DNA from: Hypanus sabinus
Taxonomy: Eukaryota
DNA length: 64,000 nucleotides
Direction: 5' to 3'
Assembly: GCF_030144855.1 (NCBI RefSeq)
Contig: NC_082726.1
Coordinates: 35,960,001 to 36,024,000, forward strand
Shown: one piece after another, positions 25,785 through 39,308 of the stretch
Layout of the letters: each line of letters begins with the position of its first letter
Position numbering within the stretch: the stretch's first letter is position 1
Made by a program: the position numbers and the translations under genes
Notes under the pieces: model-generated
The model's input: only the letters and a program-made list of their open reading frames with translations
Told to the model about the DNA's origin: nothing
The model's database searches: none

Positions 25785-27324
25785 GTAAACGACGAGTCAT
25801 GGTGATGGATGAATATGGAATCTTTTGCTGCAGGGGTCATAATGGTCAGCTCCCCAACAGTCCGTAATATTCTCCTATTTTCCTTTTTTCAAGTATTAAT
25901 CCTTTTTAAAAGTTGTTATAAATTCTGCATTTGAAAGCATTTGATTCTTCTTTGTTGATGACAAATTAGAATGTAGTCCTCTATTTCCAATGTACCAGTT
26001 AGTAGAAAGAGGCACCTCAGAAAAATTTTACATAATTTGGAAAGCTTCCTTTAGTTCTCTTAAGAAATACTATTGGTCTAAACAGGGATTAGATGGATGA
26101 AAAAATAACTAATTTGCAGAGAAACTTGCAACATAAGTAGTGAATAAAGAGTGCAGATTTGATCTTCAAAATCATGGATGAAATAAAATTGTGCAGTCTC
26201 ATAAGAAAATATGAGCAGGAATAGGCCACTGGGCCTCTCAAACCTGCTCCTCCATTCAATGTGATTATGGCTGATTTTACCCGGGCCTTATCCCTCTTTC
26301 TATTCCAGTTTTCCGTAGGCCTCAATCCCCTGAGATTTTAAATATGTATCTGCTTCTTCTTTAAATATCCCATAATCTAGCTTCCCAACACTCCAGGGTG
26401 CAGAATTCAAAGCCTTCTGTGAGAAAAAATTCCTGTCCACTACAGATTTAAATTACTGCACTTTATCTTGTAACCATGTCCCCTCATTAGAAGTTATTTC
26501 ACTTGTGCAAACATTTTAACATCTACATTTTAATGCTCCTTAAGGATCTATTTCAACAAGATCTCCCCTCATTCTTCTAAACACAAATAATAAAGATCTA
26601 ACATTTTTATCTATTCATATAGGGCAACCTTCTCTTCCCAATAATTAGTCGTTAATCTCTTTTAGGCCGTCAGAAATATCAGTTTTTCCTTTCTTAAATA
26701 GGGGTACCAAAGCTTTGTACAATACTCTAGATCTGGCCTCATCAGCACCTGTATGTCTTTATGACATAGAAGGAGGTCATTCAGCCCATTGAGTCTATGT
26801 CAGTCCACAAAGCAATTCGACTCCCCCAGTTACTTTCCCTGTGACCTATTTCCAACAGCTCTACTCTACAAGACACAACTTAGAATGATCAATCAGCTTC
26901 GCAGCCAGCACATCTTTATAATGTAGGGAGGAAACTGAAGTAGCACAGGGAGAAGTTCAAACTCAATATATGGAGTATCAGAGCTCAGGTTTCAGGCTGG
27001 GTATCAGGAGCTGTGAGAAAGCAGCTCTATCTGCAATGCCACTCTTGAACACCTTGTACAATTACTGCAAATACTTCTCTATTTCTAAACTTTAAATCTC
27101 TTATAATAAAGGCCAATGTGCCATTTTTCTTCCTCAAAACTTGCTGCACCTTCCTGTTAACCTTTTGCTGTTCAAGTGTAAGAATCCCTGAATCCCTCCA
27201 TGCTTTACTCATCTACAGTCTTTCTCCATTTAGATAATTGTCTGCTTTTGGATTGTTACCTGACAAACATTATACTCAATTTGTCAAGTTTTCACCTACT
27301 CACTCAGCCTATCTATGATCATTC

Positions 27325-27861
27325 ATCACTTTATTTGGAACCTCCTGTGCATAATAAAATGGACACTGATCTTCTGCTGCTATAGTCCATCCACTTCAAT
27401 GTTTGACACATTCTGCATACAGTGATGCCCTTCTGCACATTACTATAGTAATGTGTGATTATTTGAGTTACTGTTACCTTCCTATCAGCTTGAATTAGTC
27501 AGACCATTCTCCTCTGACCTCTCTCATTAACAAGGAATTTTTACCCACAAAACTGCCACTCACTGGATTTTTTTTGTTTTTTACACCATTCTCTGTAAAC
27601 TCTAGACACTTGTGTGTGAAAATTCCAAGAGATTAGCCTTTTCTGAAATACTCAAACCACCCCATCTGGCACCAACAATCATTCCACAGTGAAAGTCACT
27701 TGATCACATTCTTTCTCCCATTCTGATGTTTTGTCTGAACAACAGCAGAACCCTTTGACCAGGTCTAGATGCTTTTGTGAATTGTGCCACATTATTGGCT
27801 GATTAGATATTTGCATTAATGAGCAGTGCAGAGGTGTACCTAATGAAGTAGCCACCGAGTG
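27325..27861. mobile_element. Non-autonomous Tc1-like DNA transposon remnant
   Basis: Right end gtgtacctaatgaagtagccaccgagtg|TA resembles a Tc1 inverted repeat; degenerate cactttatt..aataaaatggacactga at the left. Confidence 0.6.
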
Positions 27862-28655
27862 TATATCATGCTGCAAAGTCCCAATATCCTCATCACAACA
27901 TGTCTCTCCTCTTCCAGGTCATTAATATAAATCATTATTAACTGAGTGCCAAAAACTGAACCTTGGGGTACTCCACTAGTTACATCCTTCAAGCCTGAAA
28001 AAGACCTATTTATTCTCACTCTCTGGCTTCAACAGACCAGTCTTCAATCCGTGCTACACAAGTGCCCTAATATCATGAACTCTCATGCTCCTTGCTGATT
28101 CATCCTTTGATTATCAAAGGTCCTCAATTTTCTTCTTTATTCTATTGGAAACTTGTAGTTCTGGTCCTAGCCTTCATCACAGTTCTCAATAAATATCCAA
28201 GATGTAAATATGCATTCTTAACTCTAAATGGCACAAAATTAACTCTTTACTGTGAGATAGAACATACAACAGTAGACCAGAGGAATAGGCGCTTCAGCCC
28301 ACAATGCTATGCTAAACTAATTACATTGGCTAAGCTAATTACATTGGTAGCAAATGTCAACTACATTAATCCCTTTACCTACACAATGTCCATATGCTTC
28401 CTATCCTGCAGATTCATATGCCTATCTAAAAGCCTCTTAAATATCTGTATCACATTTGCATCTTAAATACTAAGATGACCTTATAATTTCATAAATACCA
28501 CAAGAATGAATTGCAGAGTAACTATAAATGACATATATTGGGAGTAACTATGTAGCAGCTATTGAGTATGACACAAAGGGAGAGGAAGAACATACAGGAA
28601 GCTGTATATACTACTGCACCTCAAGATCAAGCTTGGTTACACAAGAATAAACTCA

Positions 28656-29254
28656 TGTAACCCTTACCCAACAGGCTGGTATATGTCTAGGGGAAAAAGG
28701 GGATCCAGCCACTCTCCAACCCACCTCCCGTACACGCAGGTGCTGTGAGAATCGAGTTTACGCCTCGAGCCCGCCAACAGTATCAAATCCACAACAAATA
28801 CCGTTATGAAATACACTTTAAAGAGTTTACTAAAATTAAAAAGAGTAGTAAGCAATACAATATATATACACAAGGAAAAAAAACAAAAGGCGCCACTTAT
28901 CAAAGTTCAGTCTGTTTAGTGCACTCGTTGGAGCTCAATCAACGAACCAATCGACCCATCCGGCCGTCGAACCTGGGACCACCCCGGTGGTCTTACGAGC
29001 AGTCCAGCACACGTCCACCTTCTTCAGTGTCTTCCTCGGCCTCTCCCAAAAAACCCGCGAAAACCCCTCCCCCAAGTTCCCAGCATCACAAGACACAATG
29101 ACATTCCCCATTGATTAACAAATGAATACAATTACCATATCAGCCATTCTAAAGTGAAACAACGGCTAGAGAAACACTTATCCGACAAAGAAACATTCCT
29201 ACTTGTAACAAACCAAAGAGGCCATTTTGAGTAACATACCCAGGACATTGTACA
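28656..29254. mobile_element. Solo LTR (599 bp) with 4-bp TSD
   Basis: TGTA...TACA termini flanked on both sides by CTCA (28652-28655, 29255-29258); more CpG than the flanks. Confidence 0.7.
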
Positions 29255-29353
29255 CTCATAATGAAGAAAACTGCAGCTCTCTATGAACCACCTCCTTCTA
29301 GCAGTGGATGAATCCATCTCCATTTCTACTCAATCCTAGAACTCTGCACAATA

Positions 29354-29563
29354 CAGGTGTTCCTCCCGCCCTTTACAAAGGTAGAGCGTTCCTATGAAAC
29401 CTTTCTGAAGCTGAAATAGCGTAAAGCGAAGAACCATTAATTTATATGGGAAAATTTTTGTAAAAGCAAAGTCCTCTTTGTAATGTGAAAACAGGCTACT
29501 AATGTAGGTCTTTGTAAAAGCAAAGTGGCGTAAAACGAACATTTGTAAAGCAGGGGACACCTG
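29354..29563. mobile_element. Tc1/mariner (Tigger-like) MITE, 210 bp
   Basis: TA|CAGGTGT..CC..CTTTACAAA at the left and TTTGTAAAG..GGGGACACCTG|TA at the right. Confidence 0.8.
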
Positions 29564-30891
29564 TATACCGATAAGGCATACAAGTTTGGTTTCTAAAACC
29601 CTGATGTAATATTTGGGTAGCATTGCTCAGAAAGGGTGTTGTGCTCACAAGAACCCTTGAAAGGACAATAGTAAGTAAATTTTTCTTGTACTTGTTAGGA
29701 TGTAATAGCAATAATATTCTCCTGAAACCACAAAAATATTCCAAGCAACCATTGCTCTCCAGAAGCACCTCTTATCACAATTCTATATGATACTAACTCA
29801 CCAATTACCTGGAGGGTGTGGTACAATTTATTGTCTGGTTGTTGTCTGAGTTCCCAAGAATGAAAGTGTGAATGTGGAGAATCTGGGAAGGGGTTGGTGG
29901 TGGTGTGGAGGGGAACTTGACCTGAACTTACTATTTTTCCACCAGTTAAAATATAAGTATATTTTTACAGTGGGAGCAATTCTATTCACAGTTGGCTTTT
30001 ATTTACTAATTACAGTTTAACTGAAAATGTGGGAAGGCAAATCACATCCTTGACAATGATTAGACACCCACTCTCAATAAACAAATACTCCATAAAAGCG
30101 TAGTTATATTGCTTACATGTTAAAAAAGCATGCCTGAAATCAAAATGAAAGTCTTAATTCCTCCTATTTCTAGCCGAGCAGGTAAAGAAAACTCATTTTA
30201 CCTCTTCTACTTCTACTCATCCTTCAAAGATCAAGTTGAGCTCTAGTCTATAAAGTCTACTTCTTAAAATTATTTTACTGAACAATTTCTGCATATTGGT
30301 GACAAAGTCAGCCATTAATATAATTTTCCAATAGACCTTGAGAAAATGATAGTAAGTGATAACTATTAAGTTATTCCCACAACGCTGTTTGGTGAGGAGC
30401 TCTAGGATTAGACATAGTGACAATGAATGGGCAGCGTTATATATCCAGGTCAGTAAGGTATGTGATATGGAGCGACATGCACATAGTGGGGTTTCAATAC
30501 ACATGCTACTTGTGGTACATGTCACAGCTACGCTGTCTGAACAGCTTAGTCACCTAACAGCAGTGTATTATGCAAATAGTACATAGTGCAGCCATGGTGT
30601 ACAGATAGCAGAGGGAATCAATGCTCAGCATGGTGGATAGGACACCTATCAGGAAAGCTTTCTGTTTCAAGTAGTGTTGATCTTCTTCCATGGCGCATCC
30701 ATCTAGGGAGGTGAAGAGTATCCAGTCATATTCTTGACTCGTGCATTATAGATTATTGAAATTGACAGCACTAAAGGAGACCATTTGGCCCATCAGGTCT
30801 CTATGGTTCAAAAATGAACTTCAGGTTAATGCCACTTTCATCTCCTGTACAGAACCCCACTCTTCCATTGACATTCTTTCAGATTAAATTT

Positions 30892-31231
30892 TGTCATGAG
30901 CCCTTCAGGCCTGTGAGGCTAACCATAGAGTAGCTGTATTTGTTTATTGTTGTCTTAACTAGAGTTGTTAAGCCCTTTCTGTTTAATCCTGTCAAGTTTA
31001 TTTTGACTGGCATGGGTTCTCCTTGTTCTGTGATTATTTAAAGCGGATTCCTGATTAGCCCTTATAGCGGGGGTCCTTGGTTTGGAAAATGATTGGTCTC
31101 ACTGTATCACTTGCTCAAGCCAACCATGTTCTGTTGGAATTCCTATGTATAAATTCTTGCTTCCATCTGTACATGGGAGTCTGTCATTCCTCTACACCTG
31201 GGTTCAGTTGTTGCCAGTGCACACCATGACA
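30892..31231. mobile_element. Candidate solo LTR (340 bp)
   Basis: Perfect 7-bp inverted termini TGTCATG...CATGACA; flanks AAATTT/AAATTG; internal ATTGG and TATAAA. Confidence 0.45.
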
Positions 31232-31494
31232 AAATTGTAATTGCCACTTTGTAACAACTTAAACAAACCATCCATTTTCTCACGTGCTAGAACTTTTGGT
31301 ACCATGAACAAATTTCTTAATTTCACCTCTTACACTTAAAGGTATTTCTGTGTACCATAAAGCAAGGTGTCTAGTACTGAACCTTGTGCCGCTCCACCAC
31401 ACTTAGAAAAATTCCCATCAACTTTAGAAATTGCTTTCTGACACTGAGACAATCTTAAAACAAACTGCCACTTTGCTCATATCATGGGCTTTTA

Positions 31495-32860
31495 TCCAAC
31501 TTCCACCCGGCCTTCAAATTTACTTGGTCCATTTCTGACACCTCCGTCCCCTTTCTTGGTCTCTCTGTCTCCATCTCTGGAGACGGTCTATCTACTGAAA
31601 TCTTTTATAAACCCACTTATTCTCACAGCTATCTCGATGATACCTCTTCCCACTCTGTCACTTATAAAAATGCTATCTCTTTCTCTCAGTTCCTCTGTCT
31701 CCACCACATCGGCTCTCAAGATGAGGCTTTTCATTCCAGAACTAATGAGATGTCTTCCTTCTTCAAAGAAAGGGGTTTCCCTTCCTCTAACATCAATGCT
31801 GCCCTCACCTGCATCTCCTCCATTTCATGCACGTCTGCTCTCACTCCATCCTTCCACCGCCACACCAGGGATAGGATTCCTCTTGTCCTCACCTCCCACC
31901 CTATGCATCCAGCACATAATTCTCTGTAACTTCCACAATCTGCAATGGGATCCCACCATCAAGCACATCTTCCCCCCTCCCACTTTCCACAGAGATCACT
32001 CCCTATGCAACTCCCTTGTCCAGTCGTCCCTCCCCACTGATCTCCCTCCTGGGACTTATCCTTGCAAGTGGAACAAGTGCCACACCTGCTTCTACACCTC
32101 TTCCTTCACTACTATTCAGGGCCCCAAACAGTCCTTCCAGGTGAGGCAACACTTCTCCTGAGAGTCTGTTGAGGTCATCTACTGTATCCAGTGCTGCCAA
32201 TATATAGACCCGACGTAGATTGGGAGACTGCTTCGCTGAACACCTATGCTCTGTCCACCAGAAAAACTGGGATCTCCGTGTAGCCACCCATTTCAATTCC
32301 ACTTCCCATTCCTATTCCAATATGTCAGTCCATGGCCTCCTCTACTGCAGTGATGAGGCCACACTCAAGTTGGAGGAGGAATACCTTATATTCCGTCTGG
32401 GTAGCCTCCAACCTGTTGGCATGACCATTGATTTTTTGAACTTCCAGTAATTGCCCACCTCCCCCTTCACCATTCCCCATTCCTGTTTGCTTCTCTCACC
32501 TTCTCTCCATACCTGCCCATCACCTCCCTCTGGTACTCCTTCCCCTTCCATCTTCCATGGTCTTCCGTCTACGATCAGATTCCCCTGCCTCCAGCCCTTT
32601 ACTTCTTTCACCTATCAACTTCCCAGCTCTTTGCTTCAGCCTCTTCTCTCTCCCAGTTTCACCTACCACCGTGTGCTTCTTCCTCCCCACCTTTTTACTC
32701 TGACTTCTCCCCTTCATTTCCAGTCCTGATAAAGGGTCTCCCCCTGAAACAACAAATATTTACTCTTTTCCATAGATGCTGCCTGGCCTGCTGAGTTCCT
32801 CCGGCATTTTGTGAGAGTTGCTTTGGGTTTTCAGCACCTGAAGATTTTCTCTTGTTTGTT
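31495..32860 (+). mobile_element. Penelope-like element (RT end, GIY-YIG region, terminal repeat), 11-bp TSD
   Basis: TSD ATGGGCTTTTA at 31484-31494 and 32861-32871; remnants GTYPC...CHTC, FAEHL, VATHFN, LKLEE..LIFRLGSLQP.GM. Confidence 0.85.
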
Positions 32861-33173
32861 ATGGGCTTTTACTTCTGCTTTGTGGGATTTTCATCAAACG
32901 GCTTGCTAAAATTCTTGTATGCTACATCAAATACTCTCCCCTCATTGACATTTCATGTTATCCTTTCTAAAAATCAACTGTTAATGAAATGTGACGAGAG
33001 ATGAAAAGATTTTAAGAATTCTTTAAGTGAGAGCCTTGGAGTAAGTGATTCCAAATCTGAACTGCTTTTGTCGCTGTGATATTATAGAGATAATTCCATT
33101 GGTATTCCCAAGGATGTTATCGGTGGGGACCTAGTTACAGAAATGCAACTGAGTGTCAGAAGTAAAATAATAC

Positions 33174-33642
33174 CATAAGACATAGGAGCAGAATTAGGTG
33201 ATTTAGCCTACTGAGTCTGCTCCACCATTCTATCATGGCTGATTACTGTATCATCCCTTTTAACATTCTCCTACCCCTTCTCCCCATTACCTTTGATGTC
33301 CTTACTAATGAAGCACCAATCAGCTTCCACATTAAATATACTCAATGAATTGGCCTCCACAGCCACCTGTGACAATGAATTCCACAGATTTACCACTGTC
33401 TATTTAAAGAAGTTCCTTCTCATCTCTTTTCTAAAGGGGGATATCCTTGTACCGTATTCTGAGACTATGCCCTCTAGTGCTAGACTCCCCCTACTGTAGA
33501 AAACATCCACTCTATGACCACCCTACCTGAGCCTTTCAAAATTTCATAGGTTTCAGTAAGATTCTGCCTTCATCATTCTAAACTAGTGAGTACAGGCCCA
33601 GAGCCATCAAATGCTCTCCAAACATTAACCCTTTCATTCCCA
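33174..33642 (-). mobile_element. CR1 LINE 3' end
   Basis: (cataaga) tail; reverse complement matches 35400-35860. Confidence 0.85.
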
Positions 33643-33759
33643 GGTTAGGCTCTTTCTTGATGATGGTCATTGTCTGGCATGTGTGAGGTAACTATTACTT
33701 GTGATTAAACAGAGCTTACCTGGCTATCATTTCTTGCTGTAGTTCTTCTCTCTTGCTAG

Positions 33760-33854
33760 GTGCGCCCTCGGGAGAGTAAGTCCCACAGCCACATATGCGG
33801 AGGAACACTCATTCACAGCCACTGGATCCTGACTGCAGCACACTGCTTTCAAAA
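33760..33854 (+). CDS. Serine protease exon 3 (catalytic His57)
   Basis: [31 protein letters not shown]; tctcttgctag acceptor, AA|GTAAGC donor, phase 2; absent from the ORF track. Confidence 0.95.
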
Positions 33855-34334
33855 GTAAGCAATGGTTTGAGGCAAAGTGTATGAATAACATTCCATAAAA
33901 AAAAGGTGGGGAGGTTTGCCTGCATCACTGAGTGAGGCAGAAGGGCATAGGTAAAATCTTGGTCACTGGTATCTTTGAATCTATCCCATACAAAGCCAGC
34001 GATAGAAAAAGACATTAAGCTTTGCACTTAGCTAGTGGCATGTCCAGAGCAAGAGCTCCCTTGGGAATTCTCTTATTCTTAAGATGAGTGGAATCTAGGA
34101 CAAGATTTTGAGTCCTCAAAAAACATGGACTTCACTGAGGCACTGAGTGGGTGATGCCGAAACCAATGTAGTATCTTGGATCCACAAAGGTTAAAAAAGA
34201 TATGATTGGACCACTTACAAAGGAGAGAATAATACACATACCTCATATGGGAGTGAGAAGGGAAGGTGGTGTAGACACGAGGTGTTCCACTTCCAGGCAA
34301 CAACAAATTCCCGTTTCTTGCTGGAAAATGACAT

Positions 34335-35865
34335 GGATGCACATGAGGAGGTAGTGGTAGAGATTGTGGAAGTATTTGTAATGATCTTTCAAGACTCTGG
34401 GGCGGTTCCGGAGGACTGAAAAATTGCAAATGTCCTCTTTAAGAAAGGAGGTAAGCAGCAGAAAGGAAATTATAGACCAGTTAGCCTGAGCTCAGTGGTT
34501 GGAAAAATGTTGGAGTCAATTGTTAAGGATGAGGTTACGGAGTACTTGGTGAGACAGGACAAGATAAGACAAAGTCAGCATGGTTTCCTCAAGGGAAAAT
34601 CTTGTCTGACGAACTTGTTGGAACTCTTTGAGGAGTTTACAAGTAGGTAAAGATAAAGGGGATGCAGTGGATATGTATATTTGGATTTCAGAAGCCCTTT
34701 GACAAGGTGCCACACATGAGGCTGCTTACCAAGTTAAGAGCCCATGATATTACAGGAAAGTTACTAGCATGAATAGAGCATTGGCTGATTGGTAGGAGGC
34801 AGCGAGTGGGAATAAAAGGATACTTTTTTGGTTGACTGCCAGTCATGTTCTGCAGGGGTCAGTGTTGGGACCATTTCTTTTTATGCTGTATATCAATGAT
34901 TTAAATGATGGAATAGATGGCTTTGTTGCCAGGTTTGCAGATAATATGAAGATTGGTGGAGGGGGCAGGAAGTGTTGAAGAAACAGGAAGGCTGCAGAAT
35001 GACTTAGACAGATTAGGAGAATGGGCAAGAAAATGGCAAATGAAATACAATGTTGGAAAATGCATGGCCATGCACTTTGGTAGAAGAAGTAAATGTGCAG
35101 ATTATATTGTAAACAGGGAGAAAATTCAAAATCTAATATGCAAAGGGACTTGGAAATAGTTGTGCAGAATACACTAAAGGTTAGCATGCAGATTGAGTCA
35201 GTGGTGAGGAAGGCAAATGTAATGTTAGCATTCATTTCAAAAGGTCTAAAATTTAAGAGCAGGGATGTGATGCTGAGGCTTTATAAGACACTGGTGAGGC
35301 CTCACCTTGAGTACTGTGAACAGTTTAGTGTTCCTTATCTAAGAAAAGATGCTGGTACTGGACAGTGTTCAGAGGTGGTTTACAAGGATGATTCTGGGAA
35401 TGAAAGGGTTATCATATGAGATAAGCTTGATAGCTCAGGGCCTGTACTTGCTGGAATTTAGAAGAATGAGGGGGAATCTCATTGAAACATTTTGAACGTT
35501 GAAAGGCCTAGACAGAGTAGATGTGGAAAGGGTGTTTCCCTTGGTGGGGGAGCCTAGGACACGAGGGCACAGCCTCAGGATAGAGGGGCATCCATTCAAA
35601 ACAGATGCAGATACGTTTCTTTAGCGAGAGGGTGGTGAATTTGTGGAATTTGTTATCACAGGCATCTAAGGAGGCCAGGTCGTTGGGTGTATTTATGGCA
35701 GAGATTGATAGTTTCTTGATTGGCTACAGCATCAAAGGTTATGGGGAGAAGGCCCGGGTGTAGGGCTGAGGAGGGAAAACAAGGATCAGCCATGAAATGG
35801 CGGAGCAAGCTCAATGGGCCAAATAGCCTAATTCTGCTCCTATATCTTATGGTCTTATTATGGTC
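34335..35865 (+). mobile_element. CR1 LINE filling most of intron 3
   Basis: RT remnants (NYRPVSL, FAD.., LYKTLVRPHLEYC); tail ends about 50 nt before the exon 4 acceptor. Confidence 0.9.
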
Positions 35866-35914
35866 ATATGATCTCTGAAATTTAACTCTTGACCCAAACC
35901 ATTGTCCATTCCAG

Positions 35915-36195
35915 AGAGAAAGCAGTGGACACAGCTAAATGGCACATTGTACTTGGTAAACACAACCTGAATCATTCAGAACGAACGGAGAAGATCTATC
36001 GTGTGAAAAGAATTTACAGACATGAGCGCTTTCACTATCCGCACCACAGTGAAATTGACAATGACATTGCCTTGGTCAGGTCAGCAGTGGACATTTTACA
36101 AAACAACTATATCCGATATGCTTGTATGCCCAAGAAGGACACCCGACTACAGTCTGGTCAACCATGTTGGGCCACAGGATGGGGTGCAACAAGAG
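35915..36195 (+). CDS. Serine protease exon 4 (catalytic Asp102)
   Basis: ..EKAVDTAKWHIVLGKH..DNDIALVR..YACMP..CWATGWGATR; ccattccag acceptor, AG|GTAAGA donor, phase 1. Confidence 0.95.
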
Positions 36196-36838
36196 GTAAG
36201 ACAGGAGTTAAAGAACTTGTATGAATGGGTGACAACAACAAACAATTCATCTGCTCCTCAAACATATCTTCAAATTCAAAACAGGGAGGGGAGGGAATGA
36301 GTCCCCATGTCCTCATGGTTTTCCAAAATCTGCCCAATGTGTTGGAAAGGAAATTCATGAAATTATTTTTCCCAGTTAATTTTGTTTCTTTCAGAGAATG
36401 GGGTAGCTGGCTTTGTGGTAAATGAATAAATAAAGGTAGCACTATCACAGTAATGAGGAAGTTTGTTACACTACTCCCTTTCTAATATTTCCATAAGTTA
36501 ATTTGCCTGTGAAGAAACATCATCCACTACAAGTTGATTTTGAGGTCCTTCAAAGGTTTCACATTATTTGACAATATTCCATCTTTCAGTTTTGTCTTTG
36601 CAAGACTTATTAACATAAAACTACTTTCCTACAATTCAAAAAGAAAATGATTAAAATATAATCATTCTTCTTACAGTCTGATGAGCTGATGGGCTGTGCA
36701 ACCACAGAATGATGGATAGAGTTTGTACAGAAATAATAACTGGGAACCAAAACATAATGACAAAGGATTAACCATTAATTGCCCATTTTCTTCTGAAAAG
36801 TAATTTAGGGTTTCAATTTGAAGACTCTGCAGCAAAGT

Positions 36839-39112
36839 GATCATAACATGATAAGTTTTTATCTACAATTTGAGAGGGATAAGGGCAGATAAGAGGTGTC
36901 AGTGTTGCAATTAAATAAAGGAGACTACGAAGCCATGAGGGAAGAGCTGGCCAAAGTTAAATGGGCGGATACCCTGGCAGGAAAGACAGTGGAACAGCAG
37001 TGGCAGATATTCTTGGGGATAATACAAAAGATGCAAAAGCAGTTCATTCCAATGAGAAGGAAGGATTCAAAGAGGGGGAAGGGGCCACAGTGGTTGACAA
37101 AGGAAGTCAGAGATTGCATAGCATTAAAGAAAAAGAAGTATGACAGGGCTAAGATGAGTGGGAATACAGATGATTGGGAAAGTTTTAAGGAACAGCAGAT
37201 CTTAACTAAAAAAGCAATACGGAGAGAAAATCAGGTTTGAGCCCAGTCTAGCCAGGAATATAAAAGGGGATAGCAAAAGCTTTTTTAGCTATGTAAAGAG
37301 AAAGAAGATAGTTAAGAACAATGTTGGCCCCTTGAAGAATGAATTGGGAGAAATTGTTACGGGAAACAGGGAAATGGCAACAGAATTTAATGTGTACTTT
37401 AGATCTGTCTTCACCAGGGAGGACACAAGCAATCTCCCAGATGTATGGATGGGCCAGGGTCATAAGATATCAGAGGAATTGAAACAGATTGACATTAGGA
37501 AAGAAACTGTGATGAGTAGACTGATAGGACTGAAGGCTAATAAATCCCCGGGTCCAGATGGTCTGCATCCGAGGGTTCTAAAAGAGGTGGCTCAGGAAAT
37601 TGCGGATGCATTGGTAATCATTTTCCAATGTTCCTTAGATTCAGGATCAGTTCCTGAAGATTGGAGAGTGGCTAATGTTATCCCACTTTTCAAGAAGGGA
37701 GGGAAGGAGAAAACGGAGAACTATCGCCCTGTTAGCCTAACGTCAGTCGTGGGAAAGATGCTTGAGTCCATTATTAAGGACGAAATAGTGGCATATTTTG
37801 ATGGCAGTAATAGGATTAGGCCGAGCCAGCATGGATTTACCAAGGGCAAATCATGCTTGACTAATCTGTTGGAGTTTTTTGAGGGTGTAACAAGGATGTT
37901 AGACGAGGGTAAGCCAGTGGATGTTGTGTACCTAGATTTTCAGAAGGCATTCGATAAGGTGCCACATAGGAGATTGGTGAGTAAAATCAGAGCTCATGGC
38001 ATTGGGGGCAGGGTTTCAACATGGATAGAAAACTGGTTGGCAGATAGAAAGCAAAGGGTAGCAGTGAATGGGTGTTTCTCGGACTGGCTGGAGGTGACTA
38101 GTGGGGTACCACAGGGCTCTGTATTGGGACCACAGCTCTTTACGATTTATGTCAACGATTTAGATGAGTGCATTGAAAACTATATCAGCAAGTTTGCTGA
38201 TGATACTAAACTGGGTGGCAGTGTGACATGCGAAGAGGACGTTAGGAGAATACAGGGAGACTTGGATAGGCTGGGTGAGTGGGCAGATACTTGGCAGATG
38301 TCATTCAATGTGAATAAATGTGAAGTTATCCACTTTGGAAGCAGGAACAAGAGGGCAGAGTATTGTCTGAACGGTGTCGAGTTAGGTAAGGGAGAAATGC
38401 AAAGAGACCTAGGAGTCCTAGTTCATCAGTCAATGAAGGTGAATGAGCAAGTGCAACAGGCAGTGAAGAGGGCAAATGGAATGTTAGCCTTTATTACAAG
38501 GGGAATTGAGTACAAGAGCAAGGATGTCCTTTTGCATTTGTACAGGGCCCTGGTGAGACCACACCTGGAATATTGTGTACAGTTTTGGTCTCCAGGTTTA
38601 AGGAAGGACATTCTGGCAATTGAGGAAGTGCAGCGTAGATTCACTAGGTTGATTCCTGGGATGGCAGGGCTGTCTTATGCAGAGAGATTGGAGAGATTGG
38701 GCTTGTACACACTGGAATTGAGGAGATTGAGAGGGGATCTGATTGAAACATTTAAGATAATTAAAGGATTTGATAGGATTGAGGCAGGAAATATGTTCCA
38801 GATGTTGGGAGATTCCAGTACCAGAGGCATGGATTGAGAATAAGAGGTCAGTTATTTAAAACTGAGGAAAAACTTCTTCTCCCAGAGAGTTGTGGGGGTC
38901 TGGAATGCACTGCCTCGGAAGACGGTGGAGGCCAACTTTCTGGATGCTTTCAAGAAGGAGCTAGATAGATATCTGATGGATAGGGGAATCAAGGGATATG
39001 GGGACAAGGCAGGGACTGGGTATTGATAGTGAATGATCAGCCATGATCTCAGAATGGCGGTGCAGACTCGAGGGGCCGAATGGTCTACTTCTGCACCTAT
39101 TGTCTATTGTCT
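36839..39112 (+). mobile_element. Young 5'-truncated CR1 LINE with nearly intact RT
   Basis: 501-aa ORF 37332-38837 with YLDFQKAFDKV, GVPQGSVLGP and KFADD; frameshifts near 37230 and 38829; (ctattgt)n tail; AAAGT at both ends (36834-36838, 39113-39117). Confidence 0.95.
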
Positions 39113-39308
39113 AAAGTATAATTCTAAAATGTTGGTCTCAAACATCTGCTCAAGCAAGACGACTTAAGCCCATATCCTGACCAAGGCTAAATATTGATTT
39201 CCACATCAGCACCCTGTGAAATGAGGGACAAGCTTTACCTGACATTCCAGGAATAAGCAGTAGTGTGGTATATGACCATTCAAGTCTGACTTACTATTTT
39301 CCTTACAG

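Noticed and set aside
37332-38837. 501-aa reverse transcriptase ORF as a retron, defence system or domesticated gene
   Set aside because: Ordinary CR1 ORF2 with flanking frameshifts, a CR1 tail and many relatives in the window
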